A stretch of 64,000 nucleotides of DNA, taken from contig JBBEBM010000057.1 in NCBI GenBank assembly GCA_040882355.1, positions 6,823-70,822 on the forward strand, given 5' to 3'. A program made the translations under genes and the position numbers. The DNA comes from Dehalococcoidia bacterium. Its GTDB lineage: Bacteria; Chloroflexota; Dehalococcoidia; DSTF01; RBG-16-68-14. The stretch's first letter is position 1; every line of letters begins with the position of its first letter. Positions 26,323 through 35,090 of the stretch are shown here, in pieces. The notes under the pieces were generated by a model, which searched no databases, was not told the DNA's origin, and saw nothing but the letters and a program-made list of their open reading frames with translations.

Positions 26323-26437
26323 GGCGAAGCGGCTGGCGTTCGGCCGGCCGCGAGACGTCTGGCGCCTGCGCGCGGTGGCCACGTAGCCGGGCGCTGCCGG
26401 AGCGGACGGGCGCGCGACTAGCCGTTGCGAAGAAGGC

Positions 26438-26628
26438 GGGCCATAATGCGGGAGGTGGCTGGACCGAGGCCACCCTTAGACGGCCGTAGTACACGGCTGG
26501 GGCGGTCTGTTAGCGATCAGCGCGGCGTCGACATCTCGACCAAGCGGAAGGCGGCTCCCGCCGCACATCGCGGGGGTCATCGCTCTCGTTCTCCTCGCCT
26601 TCCTGTTGCGGGTGGCCTGGGTGGCCGC
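26438..26628 (+). repeat. 191-bp block shared by GT-C paralogues 1 and 2 (copy 2)
   Basis: See 24245-24435. Here the SD-ATG is at 26446 and the G5 run at 26572-26576. Confidence 0.95.
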
Positions 26629-28246
26629 CGTCAACCCCGATCCCTTGCCGGAGGATCCGTACGACGCGGCCTTCTACTACAACGCCGCTCGCAGCCTTGC
26701 CGGCGGTGACGGCTACGTTCGCCTGGACGGCGAGACCACGAACCTCTACGCCCCCGGCTACCCGCTCCTGCTCGCCGGCGCCATCTCCGTGTACGGCGAT
26801 GATCTGCTCTCCGCCAAGCTGCTCAACGTCTTTTTCGGCGCGGCGACGGTCGGGCTCGTCTATGTGATCGGCGCTCGGGTGGCGACGCGCGCGGTCGGCC
26901 TCACCGCAGCGGCGATCCTGGCCGTCCTTCCCGGACAGATCATCTTCACGACCGTGCTCATGACTGAGGTTGTCTTCGCCGCGCTGGCCTCGATGCTGGT
27001 GCTCCTGATCATGCTCTGGACGGCGGACCGGCGGCCTTCAAGCTTGCAGGTCCTGGCCCTGGGCCTGCTGATCGGCGCGATGGCGCTGATCCGGACGGAA
27101 ACGCTGCTCCTGGTACCCGCGCTCGCCGCGCTCTGGCTGTTCTTCGCGCCGAGCCCGCGCGAGCTCGCGCGCTGGCTCGCGGTCCTCGCCGTCGGCGTGA
27201 CGCTGCCGCTGGTCCCGTGGCTGGCGCGCAACTACGTCGAGTTCGACACCCTGACGCTGCGCGAAGGCGCCCCGGCGGCGCTGCGCATCGGGCTCAGTCC
27301 GGACTTCGACGAGCAGCTCGCCGGCGCGTTCTTCGCGCAGGAGCCGCCGTCGTACGCGGAGCTTGCCCGGTACTATCGCGACTACCCGCTGGACGCGGGC
27401 ATCTTCGTGTTGCGAAAGTGGGCGTACCTCTTTGGCCACGAGGACGACCTCATCCGGTGGCTGCAGTGGCACCAGCCACCACCACTTTCGTCGGACGCCG
27501 CGGCGCGCTGGGCGGACGCGTCGGTGTGGTCCTACTACGCCGTCGGGCTGCTCGCAGTCGGGGGAACGGCGGGGTGGCTCGCGCGGCTGGACCGGCGTCG
27601 CGCGGTTATCCTCTGGTTCGTCCTGAGCTGGGCCTCGGTCTTCCTGCTCTTCGCGCCGCAGGGCCGCTATCACTTCCCGCTCGTCCCCATGCTCTCGATC
27701 CTCGCCGCCTACACGCTGGCCGGCTGTTGGGGATTCGTTCGCCGGCAGATCGCCGCCCGGACGGCGAACGTCGCCGCACCCGAAAGGCCAGCGCTGCGCT
27801 GGCGCGCTGTGCTGCCCGTGCTTGCCTTCGCGTTGCTCGTCATTGCGCTGGCGACGACGATCCTTCGCGGCTTCCCGGACTCCGAGGCGCGCACTCGAGA
27901 CCTCCTGCGCCAGGCGGACCTTTCGCGGCTCAGCCAGGCGCTCACAGACTACTCGAGCGAACACGATGGCTTCCCTTCGACCGGCGGGCTCGACCGGGGC
28001 GAGCCGCTGTGCGCGCTGGGCGCGGGGGCAGGCTGCGAGCTGCGAGACGTGCTCAAGCACGACCCTCCCAGCGATCCGCTCGGAACGGCGGAGGAGCACG
28101 GCTACTGGTACGCGTCCGACGGCGACACGGCCATCATCTACGCGCGGCGCGAGACCGACGAACCGTGGGCCGGGCCGGCCTGCGCCTCACCTTCGGCGCT
28201 CAGCGATCGCGGCGAGCTCCAGTGTGTGGTGGTTTCGAGGGACTAG
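26606..28246 (+). CDS. GT-C fold membrane glycosyltransferase with C-terminal pseudopilin-like domain, paralogue 2
   Basis: Collinear with paralogue 1, with roughly half the residues identical by eye. C-terminus: LSQALTDYSSEHDGFPSTGG...PPSDPLGTAEEHGYWYASDGDTAIIYA. Confidence 0.75.
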   Translation: MRVAWVAAVNPDPLPEDPYDAAFYYNAARSLAGGDGYVRLDGETTNLYAPGYPLLLAGAISVYGDDLLSAKLLNVFFGAATVGLVYVIGARVATRAVGLTAAAILAVLPGQIIFTTVLMTEVVFAALASMLVLLIMLWTADRRPSSLQVLALGLLIGAMALIRTETLLLVPALAALWLFFAPSPRELARWLAVLAVGVTLPLVPWLARNYVEFDTLTLREGAPAALRIGLSPDFDEQLAGAFFAQEPPSYAELARYYRDYPLDAGIFVLRKWAYLFGHEDDLIRWLQWHQPPPLSSDAAARWADASVWSYYAVGLLAVGGTAGWLARLDRRRAVILWFVLSWASVFLLFAPQGRYHFPLVPMLSILAAYTLAGCWGFVRRQIAARTANVAAPERPALRWRAVLPVLAFALLVIALATTILRGFPDSEARTRDLLRQADLSRLSQALTDYSSEHDGFPSTGGLDRGEPLCALGAGAGCELRDVLKHDPPSDPLGTAEEHGYWYASDGDTAIIYARRETDEPWAGPACASPSALSDRGELQCVVVSRD

Positions 28247-28425
28247 ACAGTCGCATCGCCATGGTGTGGTGTTTCACACCAACGGCCGACGGGCCTTCGC
28301 GGCGGCTTCAGGACTGACCGGCCCTGACAGCGAGCAGCTTGCGGGGCCGCGGCGCAATGACATAAAGTAGGCCGCTGGCTGACATTCAGCCGCCAGCCGT
28401 CCATCGCACGCAGATAGGGGGAATC

Positions 28426-30267
28426 GTGGCTGCTGCGGCTCCACACAGGGGGCTCCTACCACAGTTCCGGCCTGCGCCCGAACTGCGCTGGCTCGTCGCA
28501 CTCTTCCTGCTCGCCTTCGCCTTGCGAGCGGCGTGGGTGGTGTCGGTGAACCCGGACCCGCTGCCCCGCTATCCCTACGACCCCGCGTTCTACTACAACG
28601 CGGCGCTGGGCCTTGCCGACGGCGAAGGCTATCGCGACGTCGATGACCAACAGACGAACCTTCTTCCGCCGGGCTATCCGCTGGTGCTGGCGGGCTCGTA
28701 CCTCCTGTTCGGCGACGACTTGCTTGTCGGCAAGCTGATGAACGCGTTCTTCGGCGCGGCGACGGTCGTGCTTGTCTACGCGCTCGCGACCAGGGTCGCC
28801 GACCGGCGGGTGGGCCTCGTTGCGGCGGGCATCATGGCGCTCTTTCCAGGCCAGATCTTCTTCACCACCGTGCTTATGACCGAGACCTTCTTCGTGGCCC
28901 TGACCGTCCTCTTCCTCCTCCTGGTCTTGATCTCGACGGTGGAGAGGCAACCAGCGAACTGGGAGCTCCTGGCGCTTGGCGAGCTCGTCGGCTTCATGGC
29001 GCTCGTTCGGGCGGAAGCGATGTTGCTGGTGCTGGCGCTCGCGGTGCTCTGGATGGTGCTGACCGCCTCGTGGCGGGACCTCGGGCGTTACATGGCTGTG
29101 TTCCTGATCGGAGTGCTCCCCCTGCTGTTGGTGTGGTCGGTGCGGAACTACACGGAGCTCGGCGACGTTGAGGTGCGTTCAGGGGGCGGGACCGCGTTGG
29201 CTATGGGTCTCAGTCCGAACTTCGACGAGCAATTGGCGGGCACGTTTGTCGGCGGGACGGCTCCGCCCCTCAGCGACACCTTCCGCCACTATGGAACGCA
29301 TCCCCAGGACATTGCGCTCGTACCGCTCCAGAAATTGTCCTACCTGTTTGGGGGCGAAAACGACGTTTTCACCTGGATCCAGTGGCACGTCCCGCGGCCG
29401 CTTTCGCCCGGCGCGGCGGCTCGCTGGTCAGACCTCGTCAACGGCTACTACTACGCGGTCGGCGTGCTGGCTGCGCTTGGCATCGCGGCCTGGCTGGCGG
29501 CGCCGAACAGGGCACGCATGACCGTCCTCTGGCTCCTGGCCGCCTGGAGCGGCTTCTATCTGATCTTCGTCCCTCAGGAGCGGTACCACTTTCCGGTCAT
29601 TCCCCTGCTCTCGGTCGCTGCGGCGTTCGCTCTGGTCCACGGGCTGCGGTTCGTGAGAGACGGAGGTGCCCGCCGTACACTGGCAACGCTCCGAACAGGC
29701 GGCTTCGCGGCCGCATTCGCGCCGGAGGCGCTGAACCCATCTGGCCGCGGCACGGCGAGGAGGAGCCGCGACGAAGCGGGGCCGGCCAAAGCCCCGGTGC
29801 TCTCGCGCCGGAGCCTCGTCCTGCTGTTCGGGTTCACCGTGCTGGTGCTGGCCATGACGGCCGTGGTTCTTCAAGGCTTTGTCGACTCCGCAGCCGCGTA
29901 TCGGGACTTCCGACGCCAGGTCGATCTCCAGACGCTCGGCAAGACCATCGACAACTACCACACGCTGTACGGCGGCCTGCCTTCGACCGGCGGGATCGAC
30001 CAGAGCGAGCCGTTCTGCGTCTCGGAAGGGAACAAGGCATGCGAGTTCCGAGCACTCTGGCCCGGGCCTGACTTCCCGGTTGACCCTTCGGGCGAACAGA
30101 ACGGCTACTGGTACGGCTCGGACGGCCAGTCGGCCGTCGTGTATGCGCTGCGGGAAACCGACACGTGGTCAGGCCCTCTCTGTGAGTGGGCGCCGCCGCA
30201 GCTCGCCGGCAGGGGCGACTTGCAGTGCCTCCGTCTGCCCCTACCTGCAGCCGGCGAGAACGAATGA
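28426..30267 (+). CDS. GT-C fold membrane glycosyltransferase with C-terminal pseudopilin-like domain, paralogue 3
   Basis: GTG start after an AGGGGGA SD. Intact N-terminus MAAAAPHRG...LRWLVALFLLAFALRAAWV. Longer linker. C-terminus: LGKTIDNYHTLYGGLPSTGG...FPVDPSGEQNGYWYGSDGQSAVVYA. Confidence 0.8.
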   Translation: MAAAAPHRGLLPQFRPAPELRWLVALFLLAFALRAAWVVSVNPDPLPRYPYDPAFYYNAALGLADGEGYRDVDDQQTNLLPPGYPLVLAGSYLLFGDDLLVGKLMNAFFGAATVVLVYALATRVADRRVGLVAAGIMALFPGQIFFTTVLMTETFFVALTVLFLLLVLISTVERQPANWELLALGELVGFMALVRAEAMLLVLALAVLWMVLTASWRDLGRYMAVFLIGVLPLLLVWSVRNYTELGDVEVRSGGGTALAMGLSPNFDEQLAGTFVGGTAPPLSDTFRHYGTHPQDIALVPLQKLSYLFGGENDVFTWIQWHVPRPLSPGAAARWSDLVNGYYYAVGVLAALGIAAWLAAPNRARMTVLWLLAAWSGFYLIFVPQERYHFPVIPLLSVAAAFALVHGLRFVRDGGARRTLATLRTGGFAAAFAPEALNPSGRGTARRSRDEAGPAKAPVLSRRSLVLLFGFTVLVLAMTAVVLQGFVDSAAAYRDFRRQVDLQTLGKTIDNYHTLYGGLPSTGGIDQSEPFCVSEGNKACEFRALWPGPDFPVDPSGEQNGYWYGSDGQSAVVYALRETDTWSGPLCEWAPPQLAGRGDLQCLRLPLPAAGENE

Positions 30268-30276
30268 GCCCGGGCG

Positions 30277-30346
30277 TCGCGGAGCGGGCAGGCGCCGCAC
30301 CTGGGGCGCTGGGCGCTGCAGGTGCGGCGGCCATGCTTGATGGGGT
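30277..30346 (-). pseudogene. Second short relic of the nth 3' end
   Basis: ~70 nt, roughly 80% identical by eye to 30408-30477. Encodes ...IKHGRRTCSAQRPRCGACPLRDA. Confidence 0.6.
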
Positions 30347-30384
30347 GGTGCACCCCCCCGCCCAGGGCGGCTCGCGCGCCGCCC

Positions 30385-31086
30385 CTACATCGCGTCAGCC
30401 GATGGGCACGCATCGCGCAGCGGGCAGGCGTCGCACTTCGGCCGCTGGGCGTGGCAGGTGCGACGGCCGTGCTTGATGAGCTGGATGTGGAACGAGTAGA
30501 CGAGGCCCGGCGGCACCATCGCCTCCAGGAGGTCGTGCGCCTGCTCCGCCGTCGACTTGTCGGGCACGAGGCCGAGGCGCTTCGCCACGCGGTGGACGTG
30601 CGTGTCGACGGGCAACGCAGGCCGCCCGAGCGCGAAGAGCAGCACGCAGGCCGCCGTCTTCGGGCCGACGCCGGGCAGGCTGCGAAGCCACGCCCGCGCT
30701 TCGTCCATCGGCAGCTCGCGCAGGAACGACAGGTCGAACGAGCCGACGCGCGTCCACACCTCGCGCAGCATCGCCTGGAGGCGGGGCGCTTTCGTCGGGG
30801 CGAGGCCGCCCGGCTGGATGGCGGCCTCGATCGCCTTCACGTCGGCGTCGAGGAGGGAGGGCCAGTTGGGGAAGGCGTCGAGCAGGCGGATGAAGGCGCG
30901 TCCTGAGTTGGTGTCGGACGTGTTCTGCGAGAGCAGCGTGAGGACGAGCTCGGCGATGGGGTCGCCGTGGGGCCGCCAGGGCACGGTGCCGTAGGTGGCG
31001 TCGAGCACGTCGACGACGCGTTGCGGCGTGGGGGCCCCGGGCGGGCGGCGGCGGGGTCTGGTGGTGGCGGGCGCGCGGCGGGGCAT
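30385..31086 (-). CDS. nth: Endonuclease III (HhH-GPD, 4Fe-4S)
   Basis: The internal ATG at 31086 gives 233 aa. Motifs LPGVGPKTAACVLLFALGRPALPVDTHVHRV and C-x6-C-x2-C-x5-C. Confidence 0.9.
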   Translation of the reverse strand: MPRRAPATTRPRRRPPGAPTPQRVVDVLDATYGTVPWRPHGDPIAELVLTLLSQNTSDTNSGRAFIRLLDAFPNWPSLLDADVKAIEAAIQPGGLAPTKAPRLQAMLREVWTRVGSFDLSFLRELPMDEARAWLRSLPGVGPKTAACVLLFALGRPALPVDTHVHRVAKRLGLVPDKSTAEQAHDLLEAMVPPGLVYSFHIQLIKHGRRTCHAQRPKCDACPLRDACPSADAM

Positions 31087-31103
31087 GCGCGAGTTAGGAT
31101 AGC

Positions 31104-31712
31104 ATGGAGGCGATGCGGGTCGAAGACCACCCTCGGCCCGACCCTCGGCGGCAAGCTGCTCGACATCGACGTGGCGCCGGACGGCGCGTGTGTGGCAGTG
31201 TGCGAGGCAGACGGCCAGCAGTTCCTGTCGTTTGGGGGGAAGCGCGTGGAGGTGCCAAGAACCTTCCAGCGCCCTTTGATTCGGGGCCTCAACGATGGCG
31301 TCGCGGTGGCTGTCGAAACCTGGGACCCAGATGGAGACCTGTCGATCGTGTCCGGCACCGGCGAAGTGCAGGCGAGCTTCAACGTGGGAGAAGGCATCAC
31401 CGGCGTACTCGCGTCTTACAACTGGATCGCCGTGACCTACTCGCTCGAACAGCAACTCAAGAAGTCTGGCCGACGCCGGAGGTCCTGCACCTATCAGATG
31501 GGATCACCTCGTTGGGCGGCGTCATGCTCGTGCGCAACCCGCATCAGAACGGCGGAGACATTTTCGCCTGGCGGCTCGGCGAAACGGCCGTAAAGGTCAT
31601 CGCGAACTATGAGGAGTATATTAGGGCCTTGTCGGGCGGCCGCTTCCTGGCCGTGCGTGACGATGGCTACTCGATCCTCTCGTTTGACGAGAGCGATATC
31701 GCGGGGCTTTAG
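31104..31712 (+). pseudogene. Hypothetical gene apparently broken by frameshift(s)
   Basis: Protein-like sequence runs in the frame of ORF 30967 (..LLDIDVAPDGACVAVCEADGQQF...WIAVTYSLEQQLKK). Near 31470 it switches to the frame of ORF 31104 (WPTPEVLHLSDGITSLGG...ILSFDESDIAGL). No clean start is present. Confidence 0.4.
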
Positions 31713-31761
31713 GCGCGGCGTTGAACGCCGGCCGACAAGGTGCCCAGAAAGAAGCGTCTGC

Positions 31762-31844
31762 CTGCCCGCCCACCCGCCCAGGGAAGAAGAATCTGGGGGA
31801 CACCCCCAGACCCCCGGCAGGGGCGCTGCGCCCCCTGCACCCCC
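31762..31844 (+). repeat. Dispersed GC-rich element, copy C
   Basis: The 3' 55 nt are identical to copy A. Lies just 3' of the DUF72 gene stop. Confidence 0.85.
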
Positions 31845-31859
31845 GCCTGTTGGCTCCAG

Positions 31860-32786
31860 CTAAGACATCGCCACCCCCAGCAGCTTCTGCAGCTTGGCGG
31901 CGTTGACGACGCTCTGGTCCTCGGCTTTGGTGTTGAAGGCGAGGTAGAGCTCGTCTGCCTCTGACGCGAGCTGGTCGATGCGGGGCAGCCACTCAGAGAG
32001 CTCCTCGTCCGTGTACCACCAGTTCAGCTTCTCTTCGGTGCTGGCGCCCTTCTCCTCCCAGCGCTCGGCGTTGCGCCCGCGAAAGCGCACGGCGGCGACG
32101 GGCGCCGTCACCGCGACGGCGGGCGGGAAGCTGGACTTCAGGCCCTGCGGCTCGTCGACGCAGACGAAGCCGCAGCGCAGCTCGCGCAGCAGGTCGAAGG
32201 TGGCGGCGGCGGTGGCGTCGTCGGCGACCCAGAGAGCGTTGCGGAACTCGACGATGACGTTGTCGTCGGGCAGACGCTCGCGGGCGTGGGCGATGTACGC
32301 GCGGTTGTCGTCGTTGGGCACCCACCAGGGCGGAAAGTCGATGAGGACAGCGCCCAGCTTACCGGTCTCGCGCAGGGGCCGGAGGGCGCCCCGAAAGATC
32401 CCCCACAGCTCGTCGCGCAGCTCCTCGGGCACGTCTTTGTAGTAGAGGCGCGCCTTGCCGCGGGCGTCCTCGGGCAGCGATTCGTGGAAGCTCTTCGGGA
32501 TGGAGGAGAGGCGCGTCGGGTGCTGGGTGAAGAGGGCGAACGCCTTCACGTTGAAGCGGAAGCCGTCGGGGACGGCGTTCGCCCAGCGCTCGGCGTTCTT
32601 GCGTGAGGGCAGCGCGTAGTAGGTGCTATCGACTTCCGCCAGGTTGAAGCGCTCCGCGTAGAAGCCGAGGCGGCCTTCCGTGTCCTTCAGCTCGGGCGGG
32701 TAGAAGCGCCCGGATTCGACGAGGGAGCGCTCGGCCCAGGACGAGGCGCCGATGTAGAGCTTTCCCTTACGCGATGAAGCTGCCAC
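31860..32786 (-). CDS. DUF72 (UPF0759) family protein
   Basis: LYIGASSWAE...FYPP...LGFYAERFNLAEVDSTYYALP...FRFNVKA pattern. Confidence 0.85.
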   Translation of the reverse strand: MAASSRKGKLYIGASSWAERSLVESGRFYPPELKDTEGRLGFYAERFNLAEVDSTYYALPSRKNAERWANAVPDGFRFNVKAFALFTQHPTRLSSIPKSFHESLPEDARGKARLYYKDVPEELRDELWGIFRGALRPLRETGKLGAVLIDFPPWWVPNDDNRAYIAHARERLPDDNVIVEFRNALWVADDATAAATFDLLRELRCGFVCVDEPQGLKSSFPPAVAVTAPVAAVRFRGRNAERWEEKGASTEEKLNWWYTDEELSEWLPRIDQLASEADELYLAFNTKAEDQSVVNAAKLQKLLGVAMS

Positions 32787-32865
32787 GAATACGCAGGATA
32801 GCAGATAGGGCGCGGCAGGCGATGCCGCGGCATGGTAACGGGGTGCTTAAGCTCAGGAGCCAGTG

Positions 32866-32906
32866 CCCCCCAGGCCCCCCGGCATGGGGCGCCGCCCCCT
32901 GCACCT
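32866..32906 (+). repeat. Dispersed GC-rich element, partial copy D (3' hairpin half)
   Basis: CCCCCCAGGCCCCCCGGCATGGGGCGCCGCCCCCTGCACC. Confidence 0.6.
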
Positions 32907-33085
32907 CCATTCTTCAGCAGGCTGCTGGGCGATACCACGGCTTCATCGTGGCGCCGCGCGGCGCTGGCGCCGGTGGGGCCGGATGTGCTACCGTATGGAA
33001 AACGACCGAGTCCTCGAACTGCCGCGAAGTCAACCTTTCGTTCCGCACTCGACGACCGGGAAGCAAAGACCAAGGAGGTCGTCAA

Positions 33086-33400
33086 GTGCCCTATACCGAC
33101 AAGACCCTGACCTGCGCCGATTGCGGCGCAGGTTTCACGTTCTCGGCGGAGGACCAGGAGTACCACGCCAGCCGAGGGTTCCAGAACGAGCCGCGCCGCT
33201 GTCCGTCGTGCCGCCAGCAGCGGCGAGCGGAGAAGGGCGAGGGCGGAGGAGGAGGCGGCGGCGGGTATCGCCAGCTCTTCGCCGTCGTCTGCGGCGACTG
33301 CGGCCGTGACACCGAAGTGCCCTTCGAGCCACGCGGCGACAGGCCGGTGTACTGCCGGTCCTGCTTCGCGAAGCACGCGCCGGCCCGGAGCAGCTACTAA
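33086..33400 (+). CDS. Double CxxC-x17-CxxC zinc-ribbon protein
   Basis: The GTG at 33086 follows an AAGGAGG SD. Two repeats, CADCGAGFTFS...RCPSCR and CGDCGRDTEVPFEPRGDRPVYCRSCF, are separated by a Gly tract. Confidence 0.75.
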   Translation: MPYTDKTLTCADCGAGFTFSAEDQEYHASRGFQNEPRRCPSCRQQRRAEKGEGGGGGGGGYRQLFAVVCGDCGRDTEVPFEPRGDRPVYCRSCFAKHAPARSSY

Positions 33401-33418
33401 GAGGAAGGCGGACCTACA

Positions 33419-33616
33419 TTGATCGTCGAACGGCGAGAAGGCGAATCGCAGGACCAGCTCCTGTCCCGTTTTCGCACGCTGGTGCAGCGGACGGGCATCC
33501 TGCGCGAGATCAAGAAGCGACGCCACTTCATCTCCAAGTCGGAAGCTCGACGCATGGCCCAGGCGCGCGCGGCGCGTCGAGCGCGCAAACGCGCCAAGAC
33601 AACCCCCACACGCTAG
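33419..33616 (+). CDS. rpsU: 30S ribosomal protein S21
   Basis: TTG start. ESQDQLLSRFRTLVQRTGILREIKKRRHFISKSEARR pattern. Confidence 0.9.
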   Translation: MIVERREGESQDQLLSRFRTLVQRTGILREIKKRRHFISKSEARRMAQARAARRARKRAKTTPTR

Positions 33617-33656
33617 GAAGCAGCAGGCAGCCGCGCCACGCGGCAAGGAGGTCTAC

Positions 33657-33872
33657 ATGGCAACAGGCACCATCACACGCATCGTCCGCGACCGAGGGTT
33701 CGGTTTCATCCAGCCCGCCGGCGCTTCGCAGGAGGTCTTCTTCCACAGCAGCGCCGTCGATCAGCCGACGTTCGATGAGCTGAACGAGGGTCAGGCGGTC
33801 GAGTTCGACACCGAGCCGGACCCGCGCCAGCCGCAGCGCAGTCGCGCGGTCCACGTCCGGCTCTCGGCGTAG
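33657..33872 (+). CDS. Cold-shock domain protein
   Basis: RNP motifs RGFGFIQP and VFFHSSAV. Confidence 0.9.
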   Translation: MATGTITRIVRDRGFGFIQPAGASQEVFFHSSAVDQPTFDELNEGQAVEFDTEPDPRQPQRSRAVHVRLSA

Positions 33873-33879
33873 GACCGGC

Positions 33880-34158
33880 GTGAGCACGGTTTTCGTTGGC
33901 AACTTATCGCCAGAGGTAACGGACACCGACCTACGCGAGGCCTTCGGGGCCTTCGGCAAGATCCGCTCCCTCCGCCTGATTTCGCGGCGCGGTCTCGCCT
34001 TCATCGAAATGAAGCCGGAACACGCCGACGCGGCCGTTGAGGCGCTGCGCGGCACGGAGTTCAAAGGCCGCCCAATCGACGTGACGGTGGAACAGGGAGG
34101 CGGAGGCCGCCCCAAGGGGGGTGGCCGGCGCGGAGGAGGCGGGCGGCGGCGGCGCTAG
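33880..34158 (+). CDS. RRM-type RNA-binding protein with RGG tail
   Basis: RNP-2 VFVGNL, RNP-1 RGLAFIEM, and a C-terminal GGGRPKGGGRRGGGGRRRR tail. Confidence 0.85.
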   Translation: MSTVFVGNLSPEVTDTDLREAFGAFGKIRSLRLISRRGLAFIEMKPEHADAAVEALRGTEFKGRPIDVTVEQGGGGRPKGGGRRGGGGRRRR

Positions 34159-34311
34159 CGTCCGCCACCTGTCGAGGTCGAGTCTCGAGTACCCTGCGAG
34201 GAGGACGGCGCAATTCGACTAGGGACCCGGCGCCCGGGAACATCCACTGCCTTCGTCGACTCGTCGACCGGCGAGACGCTGCTGCGCTTCGCCTCTGACG
34301 AGAACGGCGCG

Positions 34312-34560
34312 GTGTCCATCGCCTTCTGCCTCTACGATGCGCAGGGCAGGCAGGTGGCTGAATCGGACCTGGTAGACCTGCCAGCGAAGGGGCTGACCGT
34401 TCGCTGTAAGGGCGGCGAGTTGCTCCTCAAGCTGCCGGCGAACCTGGAGGCGGCGATCCAGTACCGGCTCTACAACAGTGAAGGCCAGCTCCTCACCTTC
34501 TCCGACGGCGAACGCACGATGATCTACGGCTCGTTGCGCATGGAAGGAAGCAAGCGCTAG
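34312..34560 (+). CDS. Hypothetical protein (N-terminus uncertain)
   Basis: 82-aa ORF from a GTG. Protein-like sequence (AFVDSSTGETLLRFASDENGA) continues in frame upstream to 34159 without a canonical start. Confidence 0.4.
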   Translation: MSIAFCLYDAQGRQVAESDLVDLPAKGLTVRCKGGELLLKLPANLEAAIQYRLYNSEGQLLTFSDGERTMIYGSLRMEGSKR

Positions 34561-34583
34561 GCCTGTCGTATACTTGACGGAGC

Positions 34584-35090
34584 GTGAGCGCACAACCCAC
34601 CACCACCTCACAACGCGATACCTGGCTCCGCCTGAACGACGCGGCGCTGCTGCGCCAGTGCAGCGAGGAGCGCTATCGCGCGAGCGGGCCCGGCGGCCAG
34701 CGGCGCAACAAGGTAGAGACGGCGCTTCGCCTGCGCCATCCCCCCAGCGGCGTGGTGGCGCAGGCCGAGGAGTCGCGGTCGCTGGAGGAGAACCGCGTTC
34801 GAGCGCTCCGTCGCGTTCGTGAGCGGATCGCCCTCGAAGTTCGGGCGGCTTTCGATCTCGCATCGCCAGCGCTACCGGCGGAGCTGCTGGCGCAGCGCGG
34901 GGCGAAGGGCGAGCTATCGATCAACCCGCGCAACGCCGTCTACCCGATCGTGCTGGCCACGGCCCTCGACGCTCTGGCTGCGGCGGGGGGCAGCTACGCG
35001 AAGGCGGCGCGCGCGCTGGGCGTGACCACCAGCCAGCTCCTGCGCTTGCTCAAGTCCGACGCGCAGGCATGGCGGGCGCTCTCAATGTGA
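34584..35090 (+). CDS. RF-1 domain (GGQ) peptidyl-tRNA hydrolase, ArfB-like with atypical C-terminal region
   Basis: YRASGPGGQRRNKVETALRLRH... The GGQ motif is present. The C-terminus is not the usual basic ArfB tail. Confidence 0.7.
   Translation: MSAQPTTTSQRDTWLRLNDAALLRQCSEERYRASGPGGQRRNKVETALRLRHPPSGVVAQAEESRSLEENRVRALRRVRERIALEVRAAFDLASPALPAELLAQRGAKGELSINPRNAVYPIVLATALDALAAAGGSYAKAARALGVTTSQLLRLLKSDAQAWRALSM

Noticed and set aside
21381-32906. The repeated GC-rich elements as a possible CRISPR array
   Set aside because: The copies are about 90 nt long, irregularly spaced (hundreds to thousands of nt apart) and separated by genes. No cas genes are present.
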